Source: a virus
DNA length: 64,000 nt
Direction: 5' to 3' (one strand)
Virus record (IMG/VR): IMGVR_UViG_3300044641_005643
Positions within the stretch are counted from its first letter, which is position 1; each line of letters opens with the position of its first letter. The position numbers and the translations under genes are program-made. Shown here piece by piece: positions 48,899-57,678 of the stretch. A model generated the notes under the pieces. It was not told the origin of the DNA. It ran no database searches and saw only the letters and a program-made list of their open reading frames with translations.

Positions 48899-49729
48899 TT
48901 ATGTCCAAAGTGCTTGACGAATTCGGATCAGACGAATCATCATCGCTTCGTCCTCTTGTGTATACTTATCTTCAATCTCTTGAGTAGCGTCCAGTGCCCG
49001 ACTACTTGCCTCTAATTCCGCCTCGCTGCGGTCTTCAAAGTCCAGCAAGTCTGCACCACTCGCTCTACGCTGTTCGCAGTAGGCCGACCAACCACCTGCA
49101 TCATGTGGATCCGGTCGATTGGGATACACTTCGGTCCACCACTTGTATAACTCAAAAATTTCTCTAGCAGCGATAGCTTGGTAAGTGGGTTCGGCTAGAT
49201 GCTTTTTGTCCTCTTCTAGAAAATCAGCATTGGTCACTTGCATTTGCCAAGCAAGATTATCTAGTCCGGCTTGCGGACAACGCCAAGTCCTCCAACGCCA
49301 CCAACCAGTTGCCCAGAACGGAGCACGGTACTTGGCCCGCTCTGCTTGATCGCTCCAGGCTATGTGCCACCAAGCCAGCTCCACTTCAACAAAGTCTCTA
49401 AGTTCATTAAAAAGACATGGAAGAAACCTGCTCCCAACATCACGCCACTCGCCGCGAGGAATATCGCTTGCGCTAGCAGTAAGAGCGTGGGTACGAGTGA
49501 CCCAACGATTGTTGATATAATATTTGATAGCATAGAGTCGATCCGGTATCCAGTAAACAATGGTTTGTAAAAAGTCTAGCCCTTCTTCGGCTATCCAATA
49601 GCGAATAGGATGCTTTTTCTGGGCAGCTTCACGCCATTCACGCCAGCCCTTGGAGGTAAGAGCCGTTGGGCTAGGAGTTCCACGAAGCCAGTCGGCAACG
49701 GGTCCAATGGTCCAATAGTGATTACGCAT
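48899..49729 (-). CDS. Trp-rich conserved hypothetical protein
   Basis: 276 aa; C-terminal LIRIRQALWT. Confidence 0.7.
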   Translation of the reverse strand: MRNHYWTIGPVADWLRGTPSPTALTSKGWREWREAAQKKHPIRYWIAEEGLDFLQTIVYWIPDRLYAIKYYINNRWVTRTHALTASASDIPRGEWRDVGSRFLPCLFNELRDFVEVELAWWHIAWSDQAERAKYRAPFWATGWWRWRTWRCPQAGLDNLAWQMQVTNADFLEEDKKHLAEPTYQAIAAREIFELYKWWTEVYPNRPDPHDAGGWSAYCEQRRASGADLLDFEDRSEAELEASSRALDATQEIEDKYTQEDEAMMIRLIRIRQALWT

Positions 49730-49731
49730 CT

Positions 49732-49932
49732 TTAAGAAAAGTGTTTGTTTAGCACTTCTAGCTTGTCTTCGTATTCAGCAATTTGAGCAATTTCGGCTTC
49801 CATGGCTGTCATCCAATCAGTATGATCGTGTATGGCAATAGGATTGTTCAACATCACTTCCACATTCATACGATGCCGGTGAATATTGCTTTCAAAATAC
49901 GCTCTGGCTGCTTCTAGTAATTTCTTTCTCAT
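49732..49932 (-). CDS. hypothetical protein
   Basis: AAGGA RBS before MRKKL. Confidence 0.65.
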   Translation of the reverse strand: MRKKLLEAARAYFESNIHRHRMNVEVMLNNPIAIHDHTDWMTAMEAEIAQIAEYEDKLEVLNKHFS

Positions 49933-49973
49933 AATCATTCCTTTCAAAAGTAAGTAACTTCATCCTGCTTTAT

Positions 49974-50813
49974 TTAGATCTCCACATACTTTAGTTTGAA
50001 ACGGTCGGCTCGAGCTTCGTAACCATCATAGCCTCTTGGATTGCACACAATTCTAGTGGTGCCGATCATGTAGTCAAAGTCCTCATGAGTGTGTCCGTGA
50101 GTCCATAATCGAATCTGCCTACGATCCAAAATGAACTCGTCTAGGTTGCTGCTATATGCACCATTTACCAGTGTTTCGTTTTTATACCTAGGATGAGTAC
50201 TGGCCTTGCTAGGCGCATGATGTCCAACAACCACGGTCGGCATGTTAGGATACAGAGCCAATACCTCATCTAGTCCTTTGAGGAAAGCTTTATGATCCTC
50301 TACAGTGTCTTCGGGCATAAACACTTTTTTTCCGTCTGCACTTGTATTTTTCACATAATTGTAATCATTAAGCATCATACGGATACGATGCATGGTATTG
50401 GTATCTTCCCCATTCATATCCGTCCATAATGTACCACCGTAGAACACTACACCGTCGATAATTCGTGACTCTTTGTCCAAGAAATACGTATTAGACAAAT
50501 TGGCAAAAGCTTCTCTGATGTGTTTTCCGCTTGTAGCAAAGTCGCCGTGATAGTGTTCGTGATTTCCCATGATTAAAATCACATGCCGAAATCTCTCTGC
50601 GCAACGACCAACAAATTTTACATACCGTTCAGCTCGAGCACGAGCCCTATGCAATACAGGTACAACTAGGCCACTGTCGTCAAACATAAAATCACGCAGC
50701 TCCGAGGCAATGAAAATGTCGCCGCCCAGCACCAACACATCGGCCTGTTCGTCGTTGGCCAAATCCAAGTCTCCAAATTCCAAGTGGAGATCGCTGCATA
50801 CTGCAATTTTCAT
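49974..50813 (-). CDS. calcineurin-like metallophosphoesterase
   Basis: SDLHLE, GGD, GNHE, HH.P, HGHTH. Confidence 0.9.
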   Translation of the reverse strand: MKIAVCSDLHLEFGDLDLANDEQADVLVLGGDIFIASELRDFMFDDSGLVVPVLHRARARAERYVKFVGRCAERFRHVILIMGNHEHYHGDFATSGKHIREAFANLSNTYFLDKESRIIDGVVFYGGTLWTDMNGEDTNTMHRIRMMLNDYNYVKNTSADGKKVFMPEDTVEDHKAFLKGLDEVLALYPNMPTVVVGHHAPSKASTHPRYKNETLVNGAYSSNLDEFILDRRQIRLWTHGHTHEDFDYMIGTTRIVCNPRGYDGYEARADRFKLKYVEI

Positions 50814-50814
50814 C

Positions 50815-50982
50815 TTAGGTCCATTTCAATGCAAAGTAACTGGCCTGTTCCGATCTATCAAATCTAAATTCATAACATCTGGCAGGCATCATGTGTTGCA
50901 CCTCAAAGCTGCCGCCAATGTTTTCTTTGGCCCATACAATAGCAGCATGTGCTCGATTAACAGGAATATTTATTTTATACAT
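50815..50982 (-). CDS. small hypothetical protein (FALKW family-like)
   Basis: TAGACC-N17-TATAAT-N6-ATG upstream. Confidence 0.6.
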   Translation of the reverse strand: MYKINIPVNRAHAAIVWAKENIGGSFEVQHMMPARCYEFRFDRSEQASYFALKWT

Positions 50983-51039
50983 AGCTGTATTATAGCACAA
51001 AAAGCATTAGAGGTCTATATAAATACCAAAAGGATCGGT

Positions 51040-51237
51040 ATGTGGTTGTTGCTAATCATTGTGTTAAGTTCGGAACCACCATACAATCATCGCGGATCAG
51101 TACAAAACTTCTATATATCCGAAACTGAATGTCGGACCGAACTAGCAACGGCCATGAAAAGTTTGTTTTTGAAAGGCACACAGATTTCTGGTAGTTGTGA
51201 ATTTAGAGAATACCTTACTCCTCGTAGGACTTTTTGA
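51040..51237 (+). CDS. small secreted or membrane protein
   Basis: TATAAATA and AAGGA upstream of MWLLLIIVL; Cys pair. Confidence 0.55.
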   Translation: MWLLLIIVLSSEPPYNHRGSVQNFYISETECRTELATAMKSLFLKGTQISGSCEFREYLTPRRTF

Positions 51238-51447
51238 ATGAAAACTCATATCGCATCACTACTAGAAAAATTCAATTCTGTATCCAAATATAAATCTGAA
51301 GATAACCATAAACAGATACAAGCCGTAGCGTCGCTTGTTGCAGTTGATATTTTAAAAACTGTACTACATGATAAAGATTTAGGTGCAGGTAGAATTGATC
51401 TAGTTAAACGCATAGCAGCAACCTATGAAATAGATATGCCGCTTTAA
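51238..51447 (+). CDS. hypothetical protein
   Basis: abuts the previous ORF. Confidence 0.5.
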   Translation: MKTHIASLLEKFNSVSKYKSEDNHKQIQAVASLVAVDILKTVLHDKDLGAGRIDLVKRIAATYEIDMPL

Positions 51448-51788
51448 CTTTTTTTAAGGATATCAAACACTTTTTGCTGTTCTAGTAATTTTCTTTCCAG
51501 TTCCATATATTGCTCCCTGAGCTGTTGCAATTCTTGCCAGTCTTGCTCAAGACGCACATTTGGTATCAAGATGGCCAGGCGTTGTTCAATACGTTCCAGA
51601 GTTTCAGTTAAACTGCGTCCTTTAACCTCAATATCACCTTCAAATACCGCATCACCTTTGACATGGATTTTGGAACCGGGATTGTTTATAGGAGCAAAAG
51701 TGTGTCCCGTGCTGCTGGTTCCTTGACTATTAATTGTAACGTATCCGCTAGCGGAAGTAGCCGGGTGTATTGGTATAGAGGTGCTCAT
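51444..51788 (-). CDS. hypothetical protein with C-terminal coiled coil
   Basis: VKGDA.FEGDI.VKG.SL...L..IE.RLAIL pattern. Confidence 0.65.
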   Translation of the reverse strand: MSTSIPIHPATSASGYVTINSQGTSSTGHTFAPINNPGSKIHVKGDAVFEGDIEVKGRSLTETLERIEQRLAILIPNVRLEQDWQELQQLREQYMELERKLLEQQKVFDILKKS

Positions 51789-51964
51789 TTGACCTTGACC
51801 ATGCTGTCCTTGCGTATCCAATTCACTCTACGATGTGGATCAGATTCGCGCCAGACGCCAATGAATGGTTCGCCGTCTATGGCCTTTTCGTAGGCCGTGC
51901 TGGTGGAGAACACTTCGCCGGTGCGAAGGTTTTTGACTCGATAAATTCGTTCAGGTTTTCGCAT
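51785..51964 (-). CDS. 59-aa hypothetical protein
   Basis: MRKPERIYRVKNLRTGEVF...; GAGG RBS; promoter TTGACC-N17-TATAAT at 51983-52011; not in the ORF track. Confidence 0.6.
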   Translation of the reverse strand: MRKPERIYRVKNLRTGEVFSTSTAYEKAIDGEPFIGVWRESDPHRRVNWIRKDSMVKVK

Positions 51965-52012
51965 GATATAGCCTCGTGTGTTATTATAACATACCGCCCA
52001 GCTGCGGTCAAT

Positions 52013-52036
52013 AAAAAACGGGCATCGAGCCCGTTT
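52013..52036 (-). terminator. intrinsic terminator at the end of the tRNA array
   Basis: AAACGGGC-loop-GCCCGUUUUUU. Confidence 0.8.
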
Positions 52037-52041
52037 GAACT

Positions 52042-52118
52042 TGGTTGCAGGAGTCAGATTCGAACTGACGATCTCCAGGTTATGAGCCTAGCGGGATGAC
52101 CAACTTCCCTATCCTGCG
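52042..52118 (-). tRNA. tRNA-fMet (CAT)
   Basis: cloverleaf, C1:A72 mismatch, encoded CCA. Confidence 0.9.
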
Positions 52119-52178
52119 ATTGTTTATCTAAAGCGTTTTAGCAATTGCTTGATACGCCATCTAATGTAATAGGGCACT

Positions 52179-52382
52179 TCACGCAACGGAATTGGTAACA
52201 TCTTCGATCCTTTTGTTACGTTTATAAGCAAGATATTCATCAAATGTAATTGGAATCCAACCCATTAATGCTGTAACATATCCCATTAGTGCTAAACTAT
52301 TGTCTGTGTCGTAAGCAGTAAACACATTCCAGATACAAGCAAATACTACAAAAAAAGGCAAACCTACTCGTAGATACTTCAT
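52179..52382 (-). CDS. small membrane protein
   Basis: two TM segments, AAGGAG RBS. Confidence 0.6.
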   Translation of the reverse strand: MKYLRVGLPFFVVFACIWNVFTAYDTDNSLALMGYVTALMGWIPITFDEYLAYKRNKRIEDVTNSVA

Positions 52383-52408
52383 GACACACTCCTTGAAAAA
52401 AATAAATT

Positions 52409-52482
52409 TGGCTACCCCGCACGGATTCGAACCGCGGCTAAGAATTTTGGAGATTCCTGTGCTACCGCTACACTACGGGGTA
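52409..52482 (-). tRNA. tRNA-Trp (CCA)
   Basis: cloverleaf, CCA end. Confidence 0.93.
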
Positions 52483-52502
52483 ATGTCCTTACAATTACTA
52501 AA

Positions 52503-52745
52503 TCAATACTTGTTCAGTCTTTCTCTAATATTATCCATGCTTTCTTGAATGCTTTCGTCCATTTTTAGTCGGCTAAGCATGAGTCCATACATGGTCCAAA
52601 TCAAAAACACACCCAGCAAACCGGCAAAGATCAATGTTGCATCAGCTGCAAAAAAATGAGCCAATGACACAACAACAAATACACCTGCAAAAATTGCAGC
52701 CAACCAACCAACGGTATATAATGCTGCCTTAAGTCTAATATCCAT
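52503..52745 (-). CDS. small membrane protein
   Basis: two TM segments, AGGAG RBS. Confidence 0.65.
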   Translation of the reverse strand: MDIRLKAALYTVGWLAAIFAGVFVVVSLAHFFAADATLIFAGLLGVFLIWTMYGLMLSRLKMDESIQESMDNIRERLNKY

Positions 52746-52801
52746 AAAAAACTCCTAGTTAGTTAATGTACTTGACATTTTACTTGAAGTTCTAATTTGT
52801 G

Positions 52802-53122
52802 TCAATGGTAGTGGCCTTGGAAGCAGTGCCGAACTTCGTGCCCTAGTTCGTGCCCGTTTGGTCGTTTTTTGGTTATGATAGTGCAGACACTGCCTTGCCA
52901 AAAACTACAGGCTTCTACACTAATATTAATGCCCCCGAGCCCTCTACGGCGACTTTCTTGGTCGCATGCCTGATTGATATTGTCCGCATAAATCCAGGTC
53001 AGCTGCACAGTTTCATACTTGTTCTTTTTTGCATCAAACTTGGCCATGGGATCTGCCCACTCTTGAGCCACAGAATTGGTTGCAAAAAAAGCAATTGCAA
53101 AAATAGCAACTAGTTGTTTCAT
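52802..53122 (-). CDS. secreted protein with HExxH zincin-like motif
   Basis: signal peptide; HELGHEVRH; GGAG RBS. Confidence 0.55.
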   Translation of the reverse strand: MKQLVAIFAIAFFATNSVAQEWADPMAKFDAKKNKYETVQLTWIYADNINQACDQESRRRGLGGINISVEACSFWQGSVCTIITKKRPNGHELGHEVRHCFQGHYH

Positions 53123-53152
53123 TCGTAACTCCATGTTTATTAACATACTAGT

Positions 53153-53181
53153 ATTATAGCAAAATGGGTCTTTATGGTCAA
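53153..53181 (-). promoter_or_regulatory. sigma70-type early promoter (near-duplicate of 56782..56810)
   Basis: TTGACC-N17-TATAAT; shared cccattttgcTATAATac core. Confidence 0.75.
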
Positions 53182-53182
53182 C

Positions 53183-53476
53183 TCAAACTTCGTTGCTATC
53201 TTTGTAATATTTCGCCTGCTTGTGCCTGCGTTCTTGCACAGTTTCTTCGCCGAAAAACTTGCGGGGATTGCCGCACATGGCGCACTTGGGATCACCACAA
53301 TTCAAAATCTTGGTTTTGTGATGCCGATGTGGTTGCAGCATAAAAGGCAGTTTGCTCATTGCTGAACTTAATTTATGATAACCGTAGTTTTTAGCTAACT
53401 GTAATTGCCTTTGAATTTTTGTTTCTTTTTGATGGAGTCTTTCACCGTGTTTGATTTTTTCTTGTGCGTCTGACAT
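53183..53476 (-). CDS. basic hypothetical protein with CxxxxCxxC motif
   Basis: CGDPKCAMCGNPRK; AAGGAG RBS. Confidence 0.7.
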   Translation of the reverse strand: MSDAQEKIKHGERLHQKETKIQRQLQLAKNYGYHKLSSAMSKLPFMLQPHRHHKTKILNCGDPKCAMCGNPRKFFGEETVQERRHKQAKYYKDSNEV

Positions 53477-53494
53477 ATGGCTTTCTCCTTGTTT

Positions 53495-53582
53495 TGGCGG
53501 AAGTGGTGGGATTCGAACTCACGGAGCCTTTCAGCTCGACAGTTTTCAAGACTGCTCCAATAGACCACTCTGGCACACTTCC
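53495..53582 (-). tRNA. tRNA-Ser (TGA)
   Basis: long variable arm, G73, CCA. Confidence 0.93.
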
Positions 53583-53583
53583 T

Positions 53584-53820
53584 TTATTTGGACCAGGCCA
53601 GCACAAACAGTGTGCGGTCTTGATCCCATTTAAATGCTACACCTATATTGTATATTGCAGGACAATCGTGATAGGCCCAACGGGCGTATCTGGGACCTAC
53701 AGATTCGCGTAGCCAATCCTCAATCAACAACAAACCGTTGATCCAATCCATTTGATCTGATTGGATTGAGGGCCACGGAATTCGGGCATGATAAGGGAAT
53801 GTGTGCCAATCCACTAACAT
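53584..53820 (-). CDS. hypothetical protein
   Basis: TAAATA-N5-ATG; lies between tRNAs. Confidence 0.6.
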   Translation of the reverse strand: MLVDWHTFPYHARIPWPSIQSDQMDWINGLLLIEDWLRESVGPRYARWAYHDCPAIYNIGVAFKWDQDRTLFVLAWSK

Positions 53821-53831
53821 ACCGATATTTA

Positions 53832-53909
53832 TGGAGCAACGGGCGTGATTCGAACACGCGGTTTTCAGGATTTGCAGTCCCGTGCATTGGGCCTCTCTGC
53901 CACCGTTGC
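53832..53909 (-). tRNA. tRNA-Cys (GCA)
   Basis: cloverleaf, U73, CCA. Confidence 0.9.
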
Positions 53910-53917
53910 ATTAATTT

Positions 53918-54400
53918 TTATTTGACAGGCATTTTTATACCCAGAATCTTACAAACCTTGTTGGCATCTACATCAAAAACATTTTTAACGATGGTATCTA
54001 TGGTTTCTCGATCAAAATCATGAATTGATCTATAAAGCCAAGATAGATTTTTACAGTATCGATTGGCATGAAACCAAATTTCTTCTTGTAGTTCTTGATA
54101 GGTGCGATTGTTGGTACCCCATGGATCAGAACCATTTGGCACCAATCCCCATTCTCGTATTACGAATCTAACAAATGATAAATCTTGATCTAAACAATTT
54201 TGGTACCATTCCTCTCTATATTTTTTGGATTTGTACCAACAATGGTTCCAATTAGGCTTTTGAAGAGTGGCTTCGGTACGATTTTTTGTTCTTAAATATT
54301 CAGCATCACGAATTAGTTCTGGAGTCAAACCCTTTTTGTGTTGTTCTAAAATATTTTGCTTATCTATTGTAATGGCATCATGCAACGACATTGAACGCAT
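53918..54400 (-). CDS. hypothetical protein
   Basis: AAGGA RBS; promoter TTGACC-N17-TATAAT at 54429-54457. Confidence 0.65.
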   Translation of the reverse strand: MRSMSLHDAITIDKQNILEQHKKGLTPELIRDAEYLRTKNRTEATLQKPNWNHCWYKSKKYREEWYQNCLDQDLSFVRFVIREWGLVPNGSDPWGTNNRTYQELQEEIWFHANRYCKNLSWLYRSIHDFDRETIDTIVKNVFDVDANKVCKILGIKMPVK

Positions 54401-54459
54401 AATAATCCTTTAGCTTGATTGAACGAACATTATAATACAACAATCAATTAAGGTCAATC

Positions 54460-54534
54460 TGGTCCGGCGTAGATGAATCGAACACCTATTCTAGAGGTAG
54501 AAGCTCTATGTATTATCCATTATACGAACGCCAG
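54460..54534 (-). tRNA. tRNA-Arg (TCT)
   Basis: cloverleaf, CCA. Confidence 0.9.
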
Positions 54535-54539
54535 AATTT

Positions 54540-54689
54540 TTAACTTGGTATTACCTTGGGTATGTAAGGCACATTTCTCGGACCGTGTCGTTGTTCGAAT
54601 AACATTCGAGCTTCTGTTAAGTCTTTGGCATACACACGGTCCTTGACATCACCTTGGGGTGTTCTTACAGTTGTTTCGTACATGGGCAT
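54540..54689 (-). CDS. 49-aa hypothetical protein
   Basis: MPMYETTVRTPQG...; AGGA RBS; upstream part of the tracked ORF overlaps tRNAs. Confidence 0.6.
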   Translation of the reverse strand: MPMYETTVRTPQGDVKDRVYAKDLTEARMLFEQRHGPRNVPYIPKVIPS

Positions 54690-54708
54690 AACATATTTCC
54701 TATAACAA

Positions 54709-54794
54709 TGGTGGGCCGGGTCGGGCTCGAACCGACATGGCCTTTCGGACTGAATTATGAGTTCAGGGCATCCCACCAATAGTGCTTCCGGCCC
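54709..54794 (-). tRNA. tRNA with CAT anticodon and long variable arm (Ile2-like; identity uncertain)
   Basis: GGGCCGG acceptor, A73, CAT anticodon, variable hairpin CC-GAAA-GG. Confidence 0.75.
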
Positions 54795-54801
54795 ACGAAA
54801 C

Positions 54802-54885
54802 TGGTGCGACTGGTCGGACTCGAACCAACATGCCTTGCGGCGAGGGATTTTAAATCCCTTGAGTATACCATTTCTCCACAGTCGC
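54802..54885 (-). tRNA. tRNA-Leu (TAA)
   Basis: type II cloverleaf, CCA. Confidence 0.93.
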
Positions 54886-54893
54886 AATATACT

Positions 54894-54969
54894 TGGTCTC
54901 CCTAGAAAGATTTGAACTTCCACCGCCTGGTCCCAAACCAGGTACGCTGCCAGATTACGCCATAGGGAG
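54894..54969 (-). tRNA. tRNA-Pro (TGG)
   Basis: cloverleaf, CCA. Confidence 0.92.
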
Positions 54970-54974
54970 TATTA

Positions 54975-55202
54975 CTAATCATCATCCTCGTTGCTATTAA
55001 AGTATGCGACAATTCGACTACGAGCCTCTTCTTCTGTCAAGGCCGGAATGGCCACTGTAGCCAATCCGTTTTTGATTCGGATATCAAACGGAACCACTCC
55101 ATTGGGCATCCAATTTTCTTCCACTGGTACAGTTATGACAAACTCCTTCAAGTTCATCATTCTCGTCAAGACCTCTTTTGTTGTATCGTCAAAATTGGAC
55201 AT
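54975..55202 (-). CDS. hypothetical protein
   Basis: AAGGA RBS. Confidence 0.6.
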   Translation of the reverse strand: MSNFDDTTKEVLTRMMNLKEFVITVPVEENWMPNGVVPFDIRIKNGLATVAIPALTEEEARSRIVAYFNSNEDDD

Positions 55203-55213
55203 ATCTAATCCTT

Positions 55214-55287
55214 TGGTGCCCCTTGACAGAATCGAACTGCCATCAGAGGATTACAAATCCACTGTATTACCATTATACTAAAAGGGC
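55214..55287 (-). tRNA. tRNA-Thr (TGT)
   Basis: cloverleaf, CCA. Confidence 0.92.
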
Positions 55288-55293
55288 CTAACT

Positions 55294-55385
55294 TGGCGGA
55301 GATAGTTGGATTCGAACCAACGGTAGAGTATAATCCCTACGACGGTTTAGCAAACCGCTGCCTTAAGCCTCTCAGCCATATCTCC
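55294..55385 (-). tRNA. tRNA-Ser (GCT)
   Basis: long variable arm, G73, CCA. Confidence 0.93.
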
Positions 55386-55393
55386 TTAATAAC

Positions 55394-55422
55394 ATTATAT
55401 ATGCTGTTTATGGTACTGTCAA
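55394..55422 (-). promoter_or_regulatory. perfect sigma70 promoter for a tRNA block
   Basis: TTGACA-N17-TATAAT just upstream of tRNA-Ser. Confidence 0.8.
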
Positions 55423-55425
55423 TAT

Positions 55426-56028
55426 TTACAAAACAGGACCGTTACCATTTCTAAAGCCTATAGTGCCGCCCTCAGCTTCGATGCGTTTGATCACATCTTC
55501 AAACAAGATAGGAGCGAAGTCAGTTTGTTCTACGCATACACAATGATAGCGTGGGTCGATGCGTTCTCTAACACCCCACTCCATGAACTGCATTGTGGAA
55601 CTGGCTCGCTGCATCACACGGCCACCATGCAAGTGTCCGTGAATATTAACACCAAATCTACCAAGGCTATCTTCGTGCATGGGAATATGACTCAAGATCA
55701 TGCCGTTCATGACATGATATCCACGTACATCGCGGAAATACTTGGTGTATTCCTCTAGTGCAAAGATGTCATGATTACCTTTGATAAGAACTTTGTCTCC
55801 GTTTAGTCTTGCCAGTGTAGGCAAGGCCTTTTTGTTAATCACAACATCACCTAGGTGATACACTTTGTCCGTGGGTCTAACACGCTCGTTCCATAGACGG
55901 ATCATAGCCTCATCCATTTCCTCAGGCGTGTCCCAAGGACGCAGTTTAGTGACACCATCGTTGCGGACAAAACGGCAAACGCCAGCGTGACCAAAATGCG
56001 TGTCACTCGTTAAAAAAGTTGCTGGCAT
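55426..56028 (-). CDS. calcineurin-like metallophosphoesterase
   Basis: SDTHFGH, HLGD, GNHD, HGHLH. Confidence 0.9.
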   Translation of the reverse strand: MPATFLTSDTHFGHAGVCRFVRNDGVTKLRPWDTPEEMDEAMIRLWNERVRPTDKVYHLGDVVINKKALPTLARLNGDKVLIKGNHDIFALEEYTKYFRDVRGYHVMNGMILSHIPMHEDSLGRFGVNIHGHLHGGRVMQRASSTMQFMEWGVRERIDPRYHCVCVEQTDFAPILFEDVIKRIEAEGGTIGFRNGNGPVL

Positions 56029-56042
56029 TTGGTTCTCCTATT

Positions 56043-56264
56043 TTAAGCAATCGCTCCTGCGGCCTCTGCCGCCAATCGTTTAATGGCACGGCCTGCGGCT
56101 TCGCGACTGTTGGTACATGCATAATCGTCGCTCAAACTATTAAAACCGTGATATAACACCCACTCACCATCCCGCAACCATTCTACTCGAATATCGTAGG
56201 CACGTTCAAACGGTGAGCCTTCATGTACGATTCGTACCGGACCCCAATCATGTGCAATATACAT
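56043..56264 (-). CDS. hypothetical protein
   Basis: TAATG coupling with the upstream ORF. Confidence 0.55.
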   Translation of the reverse strand: MYIAHDWGPVRIVHEGSPFERAYDIRVEWLRDGEWVLYHGFNSLSDDYACTNSREAAGRAIKRLAAEAAGAIA

Positions 56265-56422
56265 TATATCACCCCACAAGCTTCATAAAATCGAGACTGA
56301 TCAAATCTTGGATTTGTTCTAGCACAGGTCCGTGCCATGGCCTCGGCTACCATAACTCTAGTTTCTAAGTCTTGAATCTTTGCAATTGTTTCAGCAATCG
56401 CTTCAAAATCTTTTCTAGTCAT
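56264..56422 (-). CDS. 52-aa hypothetical protein
   Basis: MTRKDFEAIA...NPRFDQSRFYEAC; AAGGAGG RBS; not in the ORF track. Confidence 0.7.
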   Translation of the reverse strand: MTRKDFEAIAETIAKIQDLETRVMVAEAMARTCARTNPRFDQSRFYEACGVI

Positions 56423-56431
56423 ACGGCCTCC

Positions 56432-56752
56432 TTATGCTAGTTCAAGTTCTCGGGCAGGAAAAGTAATCTTACCTTCGTACTCGAGCTGATCGCGCTCAAA
56501 ATCAGTAAGGTAATCATCCTCGACAACAGACCAATCAACTATGTGCTCGCGCACATAATCGTTATCCGATTCAACCTTTGGCCGCACCAGATCTACTACA
56601 ATACCAGGGGCATAACGAGTAGGGTCAAAGTTGCGAATTACATAATCGCTGCCGCCTTTGGCCTTCCAGTAAGCATCATCGCCCTTGCCAATGGAACCAT
56701 CTTCGTTCCATGCGTAGTTTTCGTAAACTTGGGTAGTGATAAGTAGCTTCAT
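56432..56752 (-). CDS. conserved early hypothetical protein
   Basis: TQ..ENY...YWK.KGG motif; AGGAG RBS. Confidence 0.7.
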   Translation of the reverse strand: MKLLITTQVYENYAWNEDGSIGKGDDAYWKAKGGSDYVIRNFDPTRYAPGIVVDLVRPKVESDNDYVREHIVDWSVVEDDYLTDFERDQLEYEGKITFPARELELA

Positions 56753-56781
56753 TTTTGGCTCCTGTTAATTACTATACTCGT

Positions 56782-56877
56782 ATTATAGCAAAATGGGCCA
56801 TTATGGTCTATCATTTGTTTTAGTTGCAAGAATAGCAACACTTGTTGCTATATTCGTAATGTTGCTCAAAAGCAACA
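56782..56877 (-). promoter_or_regulatory. early promoter with upstream palindromic operator-like repeats
   Basis: TAGACC-N17-TATAAT; GTTGC-N6/7-GCAAC repeats at 56822-56877. Confidence 0.6.
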
Positions 56878-56883
56878 GTTGAG

Positions 56884-56957
56884 TGGAGCGGGATATCGGA
56901 ATCGAACCGATGACTAGAGCTTGGAAGGCTTTCGTTTTACCATTAAACTAATCCCGC
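56884..56957 (-). tRNA. tRNA-Gly (TCC)
   Basis: cloverleaf, U73, CCA. Confidence 0.93.
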
Positions 56958-56966
56958 ATTTAAACT

Positions 56967-57041
56967 TGGCGGTCCCAACGGGAGTCGAACCCGTCTCTGC
57001 GCCGTGACAGGGCGCCATACTTACCGATATACTATAGGACC
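56967..57041 (-). tRNA. tRNA-Asp (GTC)
   Basis: cloverleaf, G73, CCA. Confidence 0.93.
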
Positions 57042-57046
57042 TTGTC

Positions 57047-57123
57047 TGGCTCCGAGAATAGGAATCGAACCTATCTGATGAACGGATTAACAGTCCGCTG
57101 CCCCACCTTGTGGCCGTCTCGGA
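57047..57123 (-). tRNA. tRNA-Asn (GTT)
   Basis: cloverleaf, G73, CCA. Confidence 0.88.
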
Positions 57124-57130
57124 ATAATAC

Positions 57131-57205
57131 TGGTGGGCGGTGAGAGATTCGAACTCCCGACCCGTTCCGTGTAAAGGAACTCTTCTACCGCTGAAATAAC
57201 CGCCC
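57131..57205 (-). tRNA. tRNA-Val (TAC)
   Basis: cloverleaf, CCA. Confidence 0.93.
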
Positions 57206-57207
57206 GA

Positions 57208-57492
57208 TCAAATATATCTATCTATGTTCATACCAATGGCGCTGGCACGTTGCACCAGCCGCTGTTCTTTAATACTTTCGCCAAATGCATACTGCCTTAG
57301 GAATTCTGTGTCTTTGTCATAGTTGTAATTTCGTTGCAGTCTGTTAGCTTCTTGTATGGCCATGAGATTGGCCATTTCTCTTATCTTGTGTTCTTCAATG
57401 TCGCGACGCTTCATGTCCATGAGCACTTGCACTCGCTGACCAATCATTTGGTAATCATTTAAATATGCATGTGGTACTCGATATATAACCAT
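57208..57492 (-). CDS. hypothetical protein
   Basis: AGGAG RBS before MVIYR. Confidence 0.6.
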   Translation of the reverse strand: MVIYRVPHAYLNDYQMIGQRVQVLMDMKRRDIEEHKIREMANLMAIQEANRLQRNYNYDKDTEFLRQYAFGESIKEQRLVQRASAIGMNIDRYI

Positions 57493-57505
57493 ATTTGCTC
57501 CTGAT

Positions 57506-57590
57506 TGGTGGGGATGGAAGGATTCGCACCTACTCACCCGAAAGAACGGATTTACAGTCCGCCGCCACTCTCTAACTTAGCCGCATCCCC
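57506..57590 (-). tRNA. tRNA-Tyr (GTA)
   Basis: type II, CCA; atypical T-loop TGCGAAT. Confidence 0.85.
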
Positions 57591-57599
57591 ATTTAATTT

Positions 57600-57675
57600 T
57601 GGTGGAGGTGGACGGTTACGATCCGACTGCCTCCTGCTTGCAAAGCAGGCGCTCTCCCAATTGAGCTACACCCCC
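57600..57675 (-). tRNA. tRNA-Ala (TGC)
   Basis: G3:U70, CCA; T-loop ATCGTAA. Confidence 0.92.
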
Positions 57676-57678
57676 TGA

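Noticed and set aside
50569-51237. 222-aa plus-strand ORF
   Set aside because: 5' part is antisense to real genes; only the last 65 codons (from 51040) have promoter and RBS support
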